Below are positions 10,986-23,521 of a stretch of DNA of 64,000 bases, piece by piece. Positions within the stretch are counted from its first letter, which is position 1. Every line of letters begins with the position of its first letter. The position numbers were made by a program, and so were the translations under genes. This DNA comes from Oopsacas minuta (Eukaryota; Animalia; Porifera): the NCBI GenBank assembly GCA_024704765.1, contig JAKMXF010000365.1:682001-746000 (forward strand), read 5' to 3'. The notes beneath the pieces were generated by a model. The model searched no databases and was not told where the DNA came from. It worked only from the letters and a program-made list of their open reading frames with translations.

Positions 10986-13900
10986 TTAAATATACTGAAA
11001 ATTATGTAAGTAAAGTACAAACTGAAAATTGCTAGTGCTAGATTTCTGATCAGGATGAGTAGTAGAATGTGTTACTATTCCGTCAATCATACAACTACCA
11101 GGCCACTTCATGTTAGTAAACCAGCTGTACAGCCAGGATGGAGCCGGATTAGGGGGTGTAGCCTCGAAAAAGTTCCTATCAACTTCTACAGAAGTCTTAT
11201 TTATCACTAAAGTACCGAGTTCTTCTAATTGAGTCTCTGTGATTGAGGTAAGTAGCATAGTACACTTATTGACAGCTCTTAATAGTACCTTATATACACC
11301 AATATATCCGTAATAAGTTGCTTGTATTTTAACAACAGCACTAGCACACATAAAAGATTCCTGTGGCTTACAACAATAGCATTGCTTTGAAATAGTTAGA
11401 GCAATAATACACTCAAGTCGTATAGATAATCTCAGTATCTTATGGAGACGTAGAAGTTCTGCATATATAGTGTAACGTGACTTTTCCATTTGTAAATACC
11501 GCTGAGTTTTAGAAAGATTGAATCTATTAGAATACATACCGGTATTGGTGGGTGGGTGGTTTTGAGATATTTCCTTATTGGGCGGAAAATTATTAATCTG
11601 AGATTTAGCAACTTGAATATTAAGTGTTCTAAATGTATTGAAATTGTCAGGAGATATAGTCCGTAATCTCTTATATATAGAAGGTAGGAGATTAGCAGAT
11701 GGGGGGTGGGAGATAACTGATATAGAGCCTCTGAGGTCAATATTCCCTCTCAATAATGTGCCATATATTCTAATCTTTACCCCGGTTAGTGTAACCCATG
11801 ATCCTGGTGTTAAGTTAATAGGCATTCTACACTGAGGTAAGTCAATGTACACAGGAAGATACACAGCATCTGTAACAGGGAAAATGATAGACAAATTTAG
11901 AGTATAGAATACAGGCAGGAGAGAATAACCATATTTATTGTGTAGATCTATGAGAGGGAAAGGTCTTAGCTTAGCCATTTCAACTAACCATTCCTTGTTC
12001 CCCTTCACTAGGTTAGCCTTAGGGTACTTAGCAGGGTGAAATAGGACCCTCTGTACCATGCCGCTAATCACACAGACTTTAGTCTCTCCTTCTCGCATTT
12101 TGTGTAGTAGAGTTATGACGTCATTCTCTACAGCGTTCAATGGCTCAGCTGGCATTTCACCGATCGGATAGAGAGACCAATTAGAATTAAACAGAGTCTT
12201 GTAACCACGTAGAATTATATATGTGTTTATTTGAGTATTGTCATAACCACTCCAGTGGTAGAGCCACCCAACTTCTATTAAATGCCACCATTTTAGTGCT
12301 TGATGCTTGAATACAAGACACAGTTCTCCTATCATTGACTCGCTACTCTCATTTTCAGATTTGACTGCAGCATACATGTAAATTTGAACATTAATCTGAA
12401 ATTTACACTCAATTACCTTGCTGGGAGTGTGATCAATTATTATATTTGACTTGTCTTTGACTAGAAATATATATGTAGAACGAGTTTTGAGTATAGTTGG
12501 TGTGTGTTTTATAGTCACTAAATTATCATACTTTGTGGATATATGAGCTTGAGTAAGATGCTGAGGGTGATTGGGAAAGGAGGTCTTATCTAATGTTAAT
12601 ACATAATCCTCTATGGCTACACACGACCCGACTATCTGAAATAACTGGTTAGGAAAAATTCCTTTCGTGAAGTTTATAGGAAGACTCATAGCTGAATCAG
12701 ATAGAATAATGTGTCCAGTATTCGGGCATAGTGCTATCCTCCCAATAAGATAACCTTTGAACTTATCTTCTGCAAGGGAATAATAGTTCTGTATGTCACG
12801 GAATGGAGGTACTTTAAAATCAAGAGTTGCATAGCTATACAAATCTCTAAAGAACTCATCATTAAATTTCTGTAATGAAAAAGTAGAAGTTATCTTTGAG
12901 AGACTGAGCGGACTCAGTGAGGATAATTCATTGAAAGGTATTACTATACATTTATCTGTGAATATAATTCTATGTATGTCTGCTTGGATATTTGAACTGG
13001 GTAGAGGTGTTAGATCAAATAACTTGCGGAGGGGTGCGATATCCTCCCACGAGGTTGTGTAAAAACTTTTCAAGAAATCAATTAATTGAGTGAGAATATA
13101 AACTCCTGAAGGAGCTAGTTTAGTAAAGGCTAGACTGATAGCAAACATATTAGGGAGGTAGGGAATATACCCGCCAGGCCTCATGCTAGCGGATAGCAGT
13201 TCAATACGAGTATGATGACAGCACCAAACAAACTTGATGGATATGTCGTCCATGGTCATTGAGAATACTTTAACTTCAGAAACGCGTATTTTAGCACCTA
13301 CTCGTAGTCCCCAGATAGGCAGAAAGCTAGGCAGATGAGTAACAAATAAATGAGTAGACGTGCTTAATAGAAAATGTCCTGAATCGAAATCAATTATTTG
13401 TGTGATTATTTCGTCAATTGTACTATGATCCTTGTGTAGTTCAGTAATGACGCCACTAGTCACGGTGTGTATTGTCTCAACTGAAGTATCATTTGTTGAG
13501 ATATAAGTTTTGATTGGTTTATCTTCACTTTTCATGTGTTTTCGTAATATATTCGTCACTAGATATCCTTGGTTCGTTTTCAAAAGAGAGTGCAGAACTA
13601 ATAAATCATCTCCAGTGAAGAAAATATACACTTTTTCCTTTCCAACTTGGAACAGTACAAGATAAGTTAGCAGTACTAATTTGAATACAGGATATACGTG
13701 AAGTAATATACCGCATAGCTCAGATCTATCAGAGTCTGGATATCTGACAATAGAGTGTGTACGTTGTACAGCTGGGGGTTCAGTGAGTTCATTTACAACT
13801 TGAAACTCCCGTATTTCCAGGTAGTAAGCAGGTAGTTTATACATTTCACTTTTATCAACAAGGGTTAAGTACCATCGGGTTGCGTCAATTGTAGTAGTAA

Positions 13901-14099
13901 GAATCTCTAGAGAGAATTCAGGACAGATACAAGGAATATCCCCTGAACTATCACTAAGCTTAAGTAGCTGGGGATAATCGGGAGAGACGTATATCGTCCC
14001 TCTGATTGTAGGTTCTATCTTTACTCTAGAACTGGAGAATCCTCGACTACGCGATTTCATGAGATTATGCAGACAAGAAATATTGAGTCTCTGAGACAT
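10986..14099 (-). CDS. CTC1: CST complex subunit CTC1 (divergent, single exon, 1037 aa)
   Basis: Recalled CTC1 motifs in the correct order: LKLSDSSGDIPC, GLRVGAKIRVSEV, LIGRIALCPNTGHIILSDSAMSLPI, KWWHLIEVGWLYH, LPVYIDLP..LTPGSWVTLTGV, and a C-terminal CYCC zinc-ribbon-like motif. Identity is low and was judged by eye. Confidence 0.75.
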   Translation of the reverse strand: MSQRLNISCLHNLMKSRSRGFSSSRVKIEPTIRGTIYVSPDYPQLLKLSDSSGDIPCICPEFSLEILTTTIDATRWYLTLVDKSEMYKLPAYYLEIREFQVVNELTEPPAVQRTHSIVRYPDSDRSELCGILLHVYPVFKLVLLTYLVLFQVGKEKVYIFFTGDDLLVLHSLLKTNQGYLVTNILRKHMKSEDKPIKTYISTNDTSVETIHTVTSGVITELHKDHSTIDEIITQIIDFDSGHFLLSTSTHLFVTHLPSFLPIWGLRVGAKIRVSEVKVFSMTMDDISIKFVWCCHHTRIELLSASMRPGGYIPYLPNMFAISLAFTKLAPSGVYILTQLIDFLKSFYTTSWEDIAPLRKLFDLTPLPSSNIQADIHRIIFTDKCIVIPFNELSSLSPLSLSKITSTFSLQKFNDEFFRDLYSYATLDFKVPPFRDIQNYYSLAEDKFKGYLIGRIALCPNTGHIILSDSAMSLPINFTKGIFPNQLFQIVGSCVAIEDYVLTLDKTSFPNHPQHLTQAHISTKYDNLVTIKHTPTILKTRSTYIFLVKDKSNIIIDHTPSKVIECKFQINVQIYMYAAVKSENESSESMIGELCLVFKHQALKWWHLIEVGWLYHWSGYDNTQINTYIILRGYKTLFNSNWSLYPIGEMPAEPLNAVENDVITLLHKMREGETKVCVISGMVQRVLFHPAKYPKANLVKGNKEWLVEMAKLRPFPLIDLHNKYGYSLLPVFYTLNLSIIFPVTDAVYLPVYIDLPQCRMPINLTPGSWVTLTGVKIRIYGTLLRGNIDLRGSISVISHPPSANLLPSIYKRLRTISPDNFNTFRTLNIQVAKSQINNFPPNKEISQNHPPTNTGMYSNRFNLSKTQRYLQMEKSRYTIYAELLRLHKILRLSIRLECIIALTISKQCYCCKPQESFMCASAVVKIQATYYGYIGVYKVLLRAVNKCTMLLTSITETQLEELGTLVINKTSVEVDRNFFEATPPNPAPSWLYSWFTNMKWPGSCMIDGIVTHSTTHPDQKSSTSNFQFVLYLHNFQYI

Positions 14100-14439
14100 A
14101 TCTAAGCTAAATGTGCATATATACTATAGACAATATACTAAAACATTTCCCATGACTTATCCTCATCTACATTATAGTATTTAAGAGGAAGGCTCGTTGA
14201 TGGCTGTAAGAAATCGTTCGCATAGAAAATTTATAAATTATTATTTGCTATGAAATGACATAAATTATTCACCAAATGATTCCAAACAAAATATCCATGA
14301 CTAATTAATTAATAATAGAAATTCAATGAGTGAATTAGCTATACTGCTGCTGCCATCTCAAATATTCCAGGAAATATATACGTATAAACCTAAATAGAAG
14401 GAAATATTATATCTAATATAGAGTTAATGTGGTTTGTGA

Positions 14440-16602
14440 TTATTTCGTTTTGACAGAAGAATAACCATCTGGATTCTTGAGGAACTGTTCTATCTCCTCT
14501 CTTAGCTCACAATTAGGCTTCAGATTAGTGTGAGGGAGATCAAGATTGGTGAGAGGACTAACTGGACCACGACGTGACGTAGCTAGCCAGAGAAGAATTG
14601 AGCTACGATCATATGTAGAACCATCTATAACATAATAATAGTAATTGCTCAAATTGTGCCGAGTGCCCAATAGATTGAAGTAGTAGAATACGTAATTAAT
14701 CCTATAAATTCTAGGCATAGAGAGTATTATAATAAATACCGGCTATAATAACAGGATCGGTCATTATTTGAAGTGAAATAGGACAAATGAAGTCGTTGGG
14801 TACTATAAAGAGAACAAGAAATTATAAATATACATACAGTTCAACCTCGTATGATGAAAATTTGCAAAAATCACAAAAAATCTGGAAATTAAGGTCATTT
14901 TTCGGCCTCAAGTTTGATACCACTGTTCCATTAGTTATTATGAGAATTAGATAAGAGAAGATATAACCTACCATCTGGATAGAGTTTCAAAGATTCAGTT
15001 TTATCCAGAACAAATTCAGGAATATCTATACATACAAACAAATAGAAACAACAAACAAAGTATTGAAATAAACTGAATAAACAAATTTACTACTCAACTC
15101 ACTAAATGCTAGTTTCCATAACTTAACAACACCATCATATGCACCTGTAGCCAGATACCGACTGTCTCTTGAAAATGCTACTGTTGTTACGTATCTGTAT
15201 ACGTTATTAGGTAAATATTTATACACAATTACTAAGATATTTATACATACTTTTCGTGAGCATTCAGTGTTAATAACTGTTCCTTCGTAGACTATAAATA
15301 GCACCAGGATAACCATTGATATTAGTCGCTAATTTCCGAATAATTCCGATTACATAAACTTACCACTCTCCAGAACATAACAGAAGCATCTCCACCCCTA
15401 AATATACGCAATAAATGCATATAATCATTTCATGTATAATATGCACTATTTACCCGGATACTAGTATAGAACCATCAGGAGAGAACGCGAGGGCATAAAC
15501 AGAGGATCCATGGGCATCCACAGTCCATATGTGATTAAACTTAGCCTTAGCACCTAAATAATATAAATATTTTTGATATAATAATACAAATAAATTTTAA
15601 TATCTCTCTCACCTTTATATATGAGACTCCACAATTTGAATAAGTTATCGTTTCCAGCCGTTGCAACCAGGTATGAATTAGGATAAACTACAATATATGA
15701 AATAATGAATATGCAGGAGAAATAAAATAGTTGAATAATCAACTAACCAATTGGAGAGAACACACAAATATTAGTGCCTACTTCAGGGTGAGCAGACTCG
15801 TTAGCAATAGGATAAGTGAGTGATTTATCCCATGCTATTATCTTACCATCTGAAGAAGCAGACACGAAAGCTATACCATCATGGGAGAAACTACAGTACA
15901 CAACTCTAAGGGAATAATAAATTCATATATAATTAATTATTATAGCTAATATGCTTAATTTATTGATCAGTCACTGACGTGTAGTCGTGTTCAGAAAGTG
16001 TCCTAAGACATGTCCTCTTGACAGGGTCCCACACCCTTATTGTAGAGTCACCAGACCCAGAAACTAGTCGGCCCTCATCTGGAGAGAGAGCAAGACACTG
16101 TACTACTCCTTTATGACCCTTGATAACTCCTACAAACAAAGATAAGATAAAATTTTTACATCTTATAAACGTACGTATTCACTTACCAGTACACTCCATT
16201 TTCATGAGGTCCCACACGCGAATTGTGCCATCTGTAGACGCTGTGAATAATGTATTGTAGTGAGCAGATATAACACAAGAGTTGATATACTTTGTATGTC
16301 CTGTAAGGATAGAACTATTTGATGTTGCAGATCTATAAAATTCGTGTGTAATATACTAGTTTGTGAAAGAATCACTTTATACGTATATCATGAACTCACT
16401 CTTCGTCTAGGGATTGTAGCTCATCAGGAACATTCCAGACCCTACAGGTCTTATCACCTGAGCAGGAGAAGAGGAAAGAATGTATAGGGTGGAACTGAAC
16501 ACAATTTATGTCTGATCCGTGACCTTTGAACTCACGGGAAAGTTTTACATTGGAGTGGTCTAGCACGTTAGAGAGTGAAAGACAGTTATGAACTGAAGCC
16601 AT
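14440..16602 (-). CDS. WDSUB1: WD40-repeat plus U-box E3 ligase, WDSUB1-like, apparently lacking the SAM domain
   Basis: About 7 WD40 repeats (GHGSDINCVQF..SCSGDKTCRVWN etc.) across short exons; U-box VPNDFICPISLQIMTDPVIIA|DGSTYDRSSILLWL..SPLTNLDL..LKPNCELREEIEQFL. Confidence 0.8.
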
Positions 16603-17493
16603 ATTACTACTACTTGTATGGTAGAATTCAGAAGCTAAGGAAACCGTGAATTACGTAGTGAAACATGTCATTAAATAAATATTAAAAGGACCGGTCGCTT
16701 ATTAGAACTAATATTAATTGCTATCTTAGCAGAAACTACTGCCTATAAATATTCAGAAATAGGTTTCCCAAAAATATGGTCCTGGGACCAGGGCAATTTA
16801 GCCGAATTAGAAATATAAAACAGATTTTTGTCCCCTTAGCGGTCAGAAATTATTCACCATTTCTATAGGTCTAGTATGTGTAATAATTTATAGGCAAAAA
16901 AGGTCTTAAAATATATTTAGGTCATCTAAGGTTAATATTTTTACCTCCATGATTTTATGGTATTTGAGATTGTCAGTCAACTAATACCTATTTCAACTCG
17001 AAACTAGTCAACTCAACATCTTGGGGGTATAAAATCAAAGAACGGCACTAATTAAAAATCAGCAAGTTTTACCCTCTTACGCTCACATAAGTAATATTTT
17101 TAACTCTGTGAATACAATTAACCTTTTTAAATCTCATAATTATTGCTTAATTAGAAATCCCGAATTTCCGATCATATTTAGTATCACTTATTGTTAGTCA
17201 TTTTGTAATCTAGAACCCTTTGGTGTTTTTTTGCGTATTTTAACACTGTTTTAGTTGTTTGGTACATTTACCTTGGAAAAGTGGAACTGAAGCCTTAGAT
17301 GTTGTTCCAGCGTATTTAATTAGTACAAAACATTCTCAACAATGAACACATCAAAAATTGTAAATATATACGTACCATGTCCGCCCCTAATATTTATAAT
17401 TCAACGTATAAACACTGATCATATTAGTTTTACCCTATCATTACATTTAAGTTTATTTGTAAACAGTAATATTTTATTAGTTAAATTTCGTGC

Positions 17494-20400
17494 ATGATGG
17501 CAACCGATGCTCCTGATTCAGACGAAGAGTATCTGTATGGAAGAGAAGGTCAGAATATTCCCACCCCTCCCCCCGTATTATCCCATGAGGACTCTGTCCC
17601 TCTGTCAGATATAGCAGAGCTAGAAATGAATGAAGAGCCCGTTCCTCGCCCTATTGTGGTAACTCAAGCTGACAATCCAGATCCTGTAGAAGATGATACA
17701 TCAGTTTTAGCTCCACAACCTATTCCAACCCCTTCTAACGAATCTGTTTTATCGCTTGAACAATTAAAGACAGAGAGAGCTAGTATATCTCCTCCACAAC
17801 AAGTTACTGTTGTACAGCAGTCACCACCTACTGCACTCACTAATGATGGTTTGTTACTCAGATTCACATTTTCAGTATTTTATTGATTTTGTTATTCTAT
17901 TTATATTCTATACGCATATATCACAAATCATTGGTGCATCGCAGTAGTTGTCCCCGAATCCCAACTCATTTAGTTTCATTGTGACCAAGGGGTCGGAAAC
18001 TCCTAAAGGGGAGTGGCCAAGTACCACCAAGGGGGATAGTGATAACAAGTGGGCGGGCGATGACAGGCACCAGTCTAGGCTCTGCAGCCCTACAACTATG
18101 TAATCGTTATGAATTCTTACTGCTGCTTCAATCTGATACGTAATTTTTGGATATATTTAATTCAAAAATTCATAACAGCTCAAAATCGCCTGTTAAATTG
18201 GCGTACATTTTTGTGTATGAATAAAGTTTGGACAAATTTGCTTCCATTACATTTATATATTTCCTGTCCCAAAAATTACTGCATGTGTACAGCTTAAGTC
18301 CATATGTTTACCAAGTTACTTCGCTACACTTATGTACAAACGTCGAAGTAGAATGACAATTCATTTCGTGTTGTTAAAATTTACAGGTTACTCCTGCCCC
18401 ACAAGTCACAATAATCTTAATTCGCTAACTGGTTAAGAGGGAGCTTAGTCCTGCAGAAGAAAGCATTACTTGTTCTTGCTATCTGTCCAGTAGCTGAAAA
18501 TGGTCCAATTCACTTTAGGACTTAATTAGGGATTGTTCTAACCTCTCAAGTTGAATTATATGTATAATTCATACCATACATGATAATACATCTTTTTATA
18601 ACTTAATTCTGATTTAGATTAAGTATTTTTCTGAGTATCATTGTGTTAAATATTTGTCGTAATATCCTAAAATCAAGGCTCAATACTCAGAAATTCTACT
18701 AAGAGGTTAGATAGAATTGTCCGTTTTATAGAAACTAGCGATTGCATGCAGGGAATGTAGTTGATAAGAAAAAATTCATTCTACAGTCCATTGCATGCTT
18801 GGGGTAGAGTGGAGACAGTTTTATTAAGAAATCTGTTTCTGCTACCGTTTTCAGCTATTGTTTATATTAATTAATTATTTGTGTGTGTGTGTGTGGTTGT
18901 TTGTTACTCTGCTTGTGACAACATTATTAAACAGGGGGATGATAAAGTAATATACGTTAATTATTGTAGATATTCTTTAACACGTAAGTTCAAGGTAAGT
19001 AAAGTGTTCATTTTGTAACGGTAGATTTTATAAATTTGTGTCACGGGAATTTTAGAAATCGGAACGGTGATTATTTATTAATATTTCCATTAATCCCTAC
19101 TGGGACATCCAATTCATTATATTGTTACTGTAAAAATACATTATTTCTTCTAGCTGATTGTAGTACAGGTGTATCAGTATATTTATTATATAAATTTTCA
19201 ATTTTAATATATCTCTCATCATAACAGCAAGTGCCAATGATACAAGCGATGAAGACAAAGATGACGGAATTCACATTACAATTGGTGATACAAGTACAAA
19301 CTTATTAATGACGTCACCAGGTATCAAGCACGCTGTAGATTACCCACAACCTACTCCATATTCACGTACATTTGATGGTGGTCAAACCAGCAAACAGCTG
19401 GACATTACTACAGTAGGTAAAGTGAATGGTGTGAGTATATATGATCTGGATATGGAGACTAGCTTTGATGAGAAACCATGGAGGAAACCTGGTGCCGATA
19501 TCACTGACTATTTCAACTATGGTATGTATATATTATGAAATTTAACTATACGTAGCTTAAAATATATCTTATAACTATTCAATAGGATTTACAGAGGATA
19601 CATGGAAGACATACTGCCTAAAGCAAAAACAGTTACGTCAAGACTACAAACCACTACCTACAATACTAGATGATCCAGGGAACAAGGAAATTTGTGTTAT
19701 TGGTGATAAACCGTTACCAATGACGATACAACCTGAAATTCTACCTCTTGAATTCGACAAAAATCTTGCCCCTCCTATGTTCCCCCATTTTTTTAATATG
19801 CCTCCCCCTGGTATCCCCCTAACAGGAATGCTCCCGCCAGTACCGCCATTAGACCCTCTAGGGTTACCACCTCCTCTCCACGGTCTCCATCTACCTCCTG
19901 GGTTACCCCCTTTCCAACCTGATGTGAGTAATCACACTAGATATAATATATAGTATTAATATTTTTAATAATTCATATTTTGTTTTATATTTGTAGCCTG
20001 TCATGGAGCGACTGATGCCTCCTCCATTCCCGCCAGCTTTTAGAGATCCTACTCTCTTCCCAGACCCCAATCTATACCCAGACTTCCTCCAGGAGATTGC
20101 TAGGATGGATAGACGTAGCTTTAGCAGGTCTGTGTCACCCCGGAGGAGGACTTCTCTTGAATCTCTTTCAGAGTACTCATTCAGCTCTGAAGGTTCTCAC
20201 GGACGTCCTCACCAGAGAAGGTTAGACTGTTTAAACAATTGTAAAAATATTTGTATGTATTTATTTGCTGATTTTTTAGAGATGGCCCTCACAAATCCCG
20301 AGATTCAAGACGGGAGAGGAGAAGGCATTCTCCTCGTGAACACAGACATAGAGATCACAGAGAGGAGAGAGACAGAGATAGAGAGAGGGATAGGGAAAGA

Positions 20401-20928
20401 GATAGAGACAGGGAAAGAGAGAAAGAACACAGAGCACATGAAAGGAGACATCGTGAGAAACGTCAGTTATTGTATAATTAATTACAGTCAACTCACGTTA
20501 TATCTAAGTATGAAAGTGTAGAAATACGGTCCCAATTGGTCCTAAACCGTCAAAACTAACATAATTTAATCGTTAATGTCGAACCCCGCTCATATCGAAG
20601 TAATCATCGCGATTCCTTGAGCTTCAATATAATTGGAGTTGACTTATTTTATAGTTGGTTATTCAAATATTCTTACTACGTACATCACCGTTGTATAGAG
20701 CTAGTAGTTGAGAAACACATGCATCAAGATCGCATGAGAGACAGAGAGGCAAGAGAGCGAGTAGTGAGGAGACTGGGAGAGAGAGGACCAGCTATTGGTA
20801 CAAGAGAGCAGAGGAGTAGACATGAAAGAAAGAAACACAGGGACTCTGTGAACCAGGAAGGATCTCCAAGGAGAAGATCCAAGAAGACAAGACACGGGAC
20901 AGAAGGGAAATCTCCACCACTAATCTAA
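17494..20928 (+). CDS. FIP1L1: Pre-mRNA 3'-end processing factor FIP1, multi-exon
   Basis: Fip1 motif [27 protein letters not shown]|[17 protein letters not shown], acidic N-terminus, Pro-rich middle and RD/RE-rich tail. Confidence 0.92.
20485..20644. mobile_element. Family-1 pogo-type MITE in the last FIP1L1 intron
   Basis: TA|CAGTCAACTCACGTTATATC ... GCTTCAATATAATTGGAGTTGACT|TA. Confidence 0.8.
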
Positions 20929-21136
20929 CGCATTACTGATTCTATATCACTTTAAATGATATGTTCTACATCATAGATACTGAGTAGTATTGCTGCTGCA
21001 AAATGTCAATGTAACCTTCGTGCTAATTTTCAAATATTTCAATGTGTTGAATAGATTAAAATGTTAAGACCACTATCCTACCAAATTATCTGCTTCAACT
21101 CCTAAAGGAAATATTTTAAGTAAATTAGCCCAAATA

Positions 21137-21420
21137 CACTCGAACCTCTCTTATCCAGGGCAGTTCCGGCCTGAGGATGCCCGGAAGTCAGAAACTACAT
21201 TAACTATATGAGAGATTAAATTATTTATACAAGATAAATATCGAGATGCATTTGAATTGATTAATTTAGATGTTTTAACGGTTTTTAGTTACAAATACAC
21301 GTGTTAGATAAGAAGTACAAGTAAAGACACTTCTAAAAAAAGGTCAAATTAATTTCAATCCTTTTCAGTAAAATGGTGCCTGTATGGTACTTCGGAGGTC
21401 GGATAAGAGAGGTTTGAGTG
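21137..21420. mobile_element. Tc1/mariner-type MITE, family 2 (284 bp), upstream of RPL34
   Basis: TA|CACTCGAACCTCTCTTATCC ... GGATAAGAGAGGTTTGAGTG|TA: 19/20 TIR match with TA target duplication. Confidence 0.88.
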
Positions 21421-21530
21421 TATATTCGAGCGATACTTAAATTTAAATGAATTATTCTTGGCTCAACACACACTTATATTATAAATTTGTGATTAGAGAG
21501 TACCAACTTTGTTCTATAACATAATATAAA

Positions 21531-21881
21531 ATGGTACAAAGACTGCGTTACAGAAGACGAAAGTCTTACAACACTAAATCAAATAAGGTTAAGATCTCCA
21601 AGACCCCTGGAGGTAGACTTGTCTACCTACCCCGCAAGAAGTTAGGGAAGAGACCAGCTTCTAAAGAAGCTATGAACGGTTACAAGAAGGTCAGACTACA
21701 CGGAATCCCAGCGGTGAGACCCTATGAACTAAAACGTATGTCTAGGTGTCAGAAGAAAGTGAATCGGTCATACGGGGGCTGTTTGGACCACAAATCTCTC
21801 AAGAATAGGATTATACAAGCTTTCTTAGTTGAAGAGCAAAAGGTCGTGCAGAAATTATGCAAAGCTAGATCTAAGAAGTAG
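21531..21881 (+). CDS. RPL34: 60S ribosomal protein L34, intronless
   Basis: MVQRLRYRRRKSYNTKSNKVKISKTPGGRLVY ... RSYGGCL ... RIIQAFLVEEQKVV. Confidence 0.97.
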   Translation: MVQRLRYRRRKSYNTKSNKVKISKTPGGRLVYLPRKKLGKRPASKEAMNGYKKVRLHGIPAVRPYELKRMSRCQKKVNRSYGGCLDHKSLKNRIIQAFLVEEQKVVQKLCKARSKK

Positions 21882-22055
21882 ATATGGGTATTAGGAATGT
21901 AGTTTATATCTTCTGTGTTTGAGGGTAACATTCAGGGTTATTAGAGAATATTTACTAGTTAGACTATTAAAATAATAATAAAATAATATTTTCTATTTAT
22001 AGCTAGAGGCAAAATTGGACTGTTATGATACCTACTATCTTCATGTTTCGACATT

Positions 22056-22214
22056 CAGTCAATTCCCGTCTTATATCGAACAAGGTTATATCAAAGTCAG
22101 ACATTGTATAAATATGGTCTCCAACCGTCAAAGTAACATATATTCCATCGACCATCTGTTATATCGAAGTAATTATCGCGGTCCCTTAAGCTTCGATATA
22201 ACTGGGGTTGACTG
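22056..22214. mobile_element. Family-1 pogo-type MITE between RPL34 and EAF
   Basis: CAGTCAATTCCCGTCTTATATCGAA ... TTCGATATAACTGGGGTTGACTG|TA; the left flank reads TT rather than TA. Confidence 0.8.
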
Positions 22215-22265
22215 TATGTGATATTTAGATTATCTTAAATCTCTTTCGGCATTTGGCTGAGAGAG

Positions 22266-23278
22266 ATGGCGAGTCAAGAAAGTCTCCCTCCCTTCATAAC
22301 TGCTGGTAAAGTGTATAATATTAAGTTTGGTAAGAGTTTGATTGACAAGCCGAGAAGGAAACACGATCACTCATACCAATCAGTTTCATTCGACTTCAAA
22401 CCAATCTCCCTCAACGCTACCAAAGCCGCTAAGCTATCAGTTAATCATGAAGATCACAGTATGACTATATCTGTACCTCGTGAATCAGCTGGCGGTAAAC
22501 AGGAAGCAGGTGCTGAAGCTGCAGAGTCTACTTTATTCAAAGGTAACTACTACTACCTAATTATTAATATAAAGTTTTAATTATACTTTTGCTACTGACA
22601 TTGATACAGTGAAACCTCACAAACGTGGATTTTGGTAGAAACAGGGAAAATGAAGTAGCATTTTTCGGCTCCACTAGCACCCCGTTTGTGGAGATTACAC
22701 TGTACTTAGTCTTGTATCTCTCAGGTCCAAAACAAACTTACGACAAAGACTTTGTGTTAATCTGGAATCACGCTTCCGGAGAGATAACCTTAGAGAGAGT
22801 AGGATGTACTTCTGCTCTCAAACAGAAGAGGATCGGTAACTGGCCTCCACCTGCTTCTACATTTGCTATGTCAGCTGATACTATCAGCGCACCTACTAAA
22901 TCGAAAACGAAAGCAAAGGTCAGAAAATCTCCTCGCTTAGATTCTGAATCACACACATCTACAGCTACTAACAGTAACAAGCCTACATTATCTGGATTTG
23001 TAGCTGGTCCTAATTTAGAATCTGTACGTAACTCTTCAGCCGAACTCTCTGGTTTTCCAACAGCTGCTCAAACAGCTGACAGTGATTCAGATTCAGATTC
23101 TAGTTCTAGTTCAAATTCATCCTCATCTACTTCTGACAGTTCAGACTCTACAGATGACAGCACTAAACACAAACATCAACCTGAGATGCCACCTCTCCCA
23201 GAGACACACCCCAGCTTCCAAGATATGCCACAATATAATAGTGTATACCTTTCTGCTAGCGGGAGTGATTCTAATTGA
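22266..23278 (+). CDS. EAF1: ELL-associated factor (EAF1/2 family), 2 exons (intron 22543-22724)
   Basis: YNIKFGKS..YQSVSFDFKPIS..STLFKG|PKQTYDKDFVLIWNHASGEITLERV matches the EAF domain; followed by a Ser/Asp-rich tail. Confidence 0.85.
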
Positions 23279-23521
23279 TATGAATACATTCAACATTTCT
23301 CGAGTGACTTATGTCTAAGAATATTTGGTGATCAGATTCTGTCATTTCCCCTTTTATCATATTACAGGATGATTGAATTCATGTTTGAACTCTTGTGTAT
23401 ATCAAGAGAAATGGTGTTCGCCTACTAATTGACTCTAATAGCAAGCGAAATTCGTGCAAAATACAACTTACTAATAAGCGAACTGTAATATGTTATTTAA
23501 TATTATTGTTTATATTATAGC

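Noticed and set aside
16770-16800. GGTCCTGGGACCAG motif, echoed at about 44535
   Set aside because: Too short (about 13 bp) to define a repeat family or a regulatory site.
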